27,124 nt of DNA from a virus. Its lineage: Duplodnaviria > Caudoviricetes. The notes under the pieces were generated by a model. That model had not been told where the DNA came from and made no database searches. It worked only from the letters and a program-made list of their open reading frames with translations. Made by a program: the position numbers and the translations under genes. Where the stretch lies: positions 1 through 27,124 of the IMG/VR virus record IMGVR_UViG_3300043446_003991. The stretch is one strand, 5' to 3'. Positions 24,775 to 27,124 of this stretch are shown here, in pieces. Numbering within the stretch: the first letter of the stretch is position 1; every line of letters starts with the position of its first letter.

Positions 24775-26094
24775 ATGAATATTGAAAAATCTTTGTGGTC
24801 ATCTCATGGCGATAATATCAATTTATCTGTGCCATTCACTAAAGTCAACCGTGAAAAGCGCACAGTTTCTGGTTTTGCCACACTAGATAATTTAGATCAA
24901 ACAGGTGACGTAGTCACATCAGAAGCAAGCATGAAAGCTTTTGAAAGTTTCCGTGGCAACATTCGTGAAATGCATGGACCAACAGCAGTTGGTAAAATGG
25001 TTTCATTTAAGCCAGAAACTTATTATGATCCAATGACAAAACAATTTTATAGTGGTGTATATGTAGATGCATATATTTCAAAAGGCGCACAAGACACATG
25101 GGAAAAGATTTTGGACGGAACCCTACAAGGTTTCTCAATTGGCGGAAAGATTATTGATTCAGAAAATGAAGTTAACAAGTCAACTGGTAAACCAGTTCGC
25201 TTCATTAAGGAATATGCTCTTATGGAGTTGTCTGTAGTAGATTCTCCAGCTAACGAGCTTTGCAACATATTGTCAATTCAGAAAATGAACGGACAACTTA
25301 TGTTTAAGGGAATGGCAGCAGAGACTGTAACAGAAAATATTTTTTATTGCCAAGATTCTGATTCAGTATTCATTTCTACAGATGCATCTTATGACTCCCC
25401 AGTTACAGGTAAGCCTGCAACATTAATCGGATGGGTTGAGAGTAATGATGTTAACAAAGCAAAAGAAATAGATAAGATTCTTGATTCATTTAAGAAATCA
25501 AGATTACCGTTGCCTGATACAAAAATAATTGCAAAACAGGCAAACGCAGAAGGAGGTAATGAAGTGTCAGAAAACACAGAAAACGTAGTAGTCGAAGAGA
25601 CTCCTGCTGTTGAAGAAGCAGCTCCTGCAGAAGCAGTTGCTGTTGAAGAAGCACCTGTTGCTGAGGAAGCACCAGCTGTTGACGCTCCTGCCGAAACTCT
25701 GGAAAAAGCAGCCGACGTATCAGAAGTTGAGGTTGATGAACCTGATTTTGCAAAGATGCTCGGTGATCTTAAGGGATTCTTCTCAGATACACTTGCAAAG
25801 GCATCTGAGGCAAACGCAGCTCAGGTTACAACAATTAAAGAAACTGTTGAAACCTTTAGCAAGAGCGTAGATACTCGAATTTCAGAATTGGCAGAACAAC
25901 ATGCAGCACTTTCAAAGGCTGTAGAAGATATCAAGGGCACGATTGATGGCGTAGAGAAGCGTGTCGTAGCAGTCGAATCAGAGACTGCAATTAAGAAGTC
26001 CTCAGACCTTGGCGGGTCTCAGGAAGTAATAACAAAATCCAAATCAAAATGGAACGGTTCTTTCCTCGGTTCCGTAAACGAACTTTTTAACTGA
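24775..26094 (+). CDS. Prohead (capsid maturation) protease, HK97-like, with C-terminal scaffold region
   Basis: RTVSGFAT..N.DQTGDVV, IREMH...AVGK, GTLQGFSIGG and ELSVVDSPAN are HK97 gp4-type protease motifs, followed by an acidic E/A/P-rich linker and coiled coil. Confidence 0.9.
   Translation: MNIEKSLWSSHGDNINLSVPFTKVNREKRTVSGFATLDNLDQTGDVVTSEASMKAFESFRGNIREMHGPTAVGKMVSFKPETYYDPMTKQFYSGVYVDAYISKGAQDTWEKILDGTLQGFSIGGKIIDSENEVNKSTGKPVRFIKEYALMELSVVDSPANELCNILSIQKMNGQLMFKGMAAETVTENIFYCQDSDSVFISTDASYDSPVTGKPATLIGWVESNDVNKAKEIDKILDSFKKSRLPLPDTKIIAKQANAEGGNEVSENTENVVVEETPAVEEAAPAEAVAVEEAPVAEEAPAVDAPAETLEKAADVSEVEVDEPDFAKMLGDLKGFFSDTLAKASEANAAQVTTIKETVETFSKSVDTRISELAEQHAALSKAVEDIKGTIDGVEKRVVAVESETAIKKSSDLGGSQEVITKSKSKWNGSFLGSVNELFN
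25564..26094 (+). CDS. Probable nested in-frame scaffolding protein (176 aa)
   Basis: AGGAGGT at 25551-25557 lies 6 nt before an in-frame GTG at 25564, exactly where the acidic/coiled-coil region starts. Confidence 0.6.
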   Translation: MSENTENVVVEETPAVEEAAPAEAVAVEEAPVAEEAPAVDAPAETLEKAADVSEVEVDEPDFAKMLGDLKGFFSDTLAKASEANAAQVTTIKETVETFSKSVDTRISELAEQHAALSKAVEDIKGTIDGVEKRVVAVESETAIKKSSDLGGSQEVITKSKSKWNGSFLGSVNELFN

Positions 26095-26115
26095 AAAGGT
26101 AGGTGAAATATAATA

Positions 26116-27124
26116 ATGAGCAATGAAACACTAGAAAAATCAGTAGCAGCTAACACTACTATCGCTGGTGTCGGTCAGTCTGCAAGCGGTACATTTGCTT
26201 CCACAACAGGTGGAACAGGCGTACACCGTGCATCTGAAGCTGGCAACGGTGGTATTCTAAATCCAGAGCAATCATCTCGATTCTTGGATTACATGTTTGA
26301 TTCTACTGTAATTGGTAAGGTGGCTCGTACTGTCCGCATGAAGTCAGACACCACCGAAATTGATCGTATTGGTGTCGGAGAACGTCTCATGACAGTCGCA
26401 GCTGAAGCAGATAATACTGCAACAAACGCAGCAGTCACATTCTCAAAGATCTCTCTAACGACAAAGAAACTTCGCTTGGATTGGGAGCTTTCAACAGAGT
26501 CTCTTGAAGATAATATTGAAGGTGCTGATCTCGAAGATCATATTGCCCGCATGATGGCAACACAGGCAGGTAACGACATTGAAGACGTAGTCCTCAATGG
26601 AACAGGTTCTGGTTCTGGCTTGATGTCAGCTTTCCAGGGCGTTGTTGCAAAATCTAAGGCTTATGGTCATGTTGTAGATGCAGCAGGTGCTAACGTATCT
26701 CGTGCAGCTTTCAACTCAGCCCTTAAGGCTCTTCCACGTAAGTACAAGCAACGTCGTACAGACCTTCGCTTCCTTGCTGGTTCCAATTTGATTCAGGACT
26801 TCCTGTACGCAAACAGCATTGGAACTAACCAGACAATCCCACAAGATATCGCTTCAAGCATTATCCGTGGAGATGTTCAGCCGCTTTCTGGCCCAGCTGG
26901 TTACGTGGCTCCATTCGCATTCGGTATTCCGATTGTCGAAGTTCCACTTCTTCCAGAAACACAATCTGGTGATTACACAGGCGCAACAGGTTCACACGGT
27001 GATATCCACTTGACATTCCCAAATAACGTAGTTATTGGTATCAAGCGTGACGTCACAGTTTACCGTTTCTTCTGGCCACGTAAGGACTCAATCGAGTACA
27101 CAATGTATACTCGTGTTGGCGTTC
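26116..27124 (+). CDS. Major capsid protein (HK97 fold), 3'-truncated
   Basis: Absent from the ORF track because it has no stop in the window. ATG 26116 follows AGGTGA and reads MSNETLEK...GGILNPEQSSRFLDYMFD...KKLRLDWELSTESLEDNIEG..LEDHIARMMATQAGNDIEDVVLNG, open to the window end. Confidence 0.92.
   Translation, partial: MSNETLEKSVAANTTIAGVGQSASGTFASTTGGTGVHRASEAGNGGILNPEQSSRFLDYMFDSTVIGKVARTVRMKSDTTEIDRIGVGERLMTVAAEADNTATNAAVTFSKISLTTKKLRLDWELSTESLEDNIEGADLEDHIARMMATQAGNDIEDVVLNGTGSGSGLMSAFQGVVAKSKAYGHVVDAAGANVSRAAFNSALKALPRKYKQRRTDLRFLAGSNLIQDFLYANSIGTNQTIPQDIASSIIRGDVQPLSGPAGYVAPFAFGIPIVEVPLLPETQSGDYTGATGSHGDIHLTFPNNVVIGIKRDVTVYRFFWPRKDSIEYTMYTRVGV

Noticed and set aside
2367-27013. Short antisense and alternate-frame ORFs in the track (e.g. 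5865..6503 -, 9893..10201 -, 13344..13718 +, 25610..25870 +, 26819..27013 +)
   Set aside because: All overlap long coherent genes. Their Pro-, His- or Gln-rich compositions are the expected shadows of Gly/Thr/Ala codon bias.

Overview
A 27 kb segment of a tailed dsDNA phage genome, AT-rich by eye, with all credible genes on the + strand. Positions ~1-21.0 kb hold a dense array of fibre/adhesin-like structural genes: three chained fibre proteins, three small adaptor-like proteins, six Gly-rich (polyglycine-type) proteins on FN3 or Ig-like stalks, two paralogous small 'AH(W/F)AE' proteins and one inserted HNH endonuclease. These are followed by a LamG/ConA-like protein, a small hypothetical protein, the portal, a prohead protease with a probable nested scaffold, and the 5' part of the major capsid gene. 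The most striking pattern is a 'socket-and-plug' grammar: each recurring internal or C-terminal domain in the adaptor proteins is matched one-to-one, in last-in-first-out gene order, by a downstream protein with a characteristic N-terminus. This suggests a hierarchically branched receptor-binding appendage with eight Gly-rich tip domains. Leaderless-type sigma70 promoters precede the head genes, hinting at an actinobacterial host. All family assignments come from motif recognition by eye; no database searches were run.
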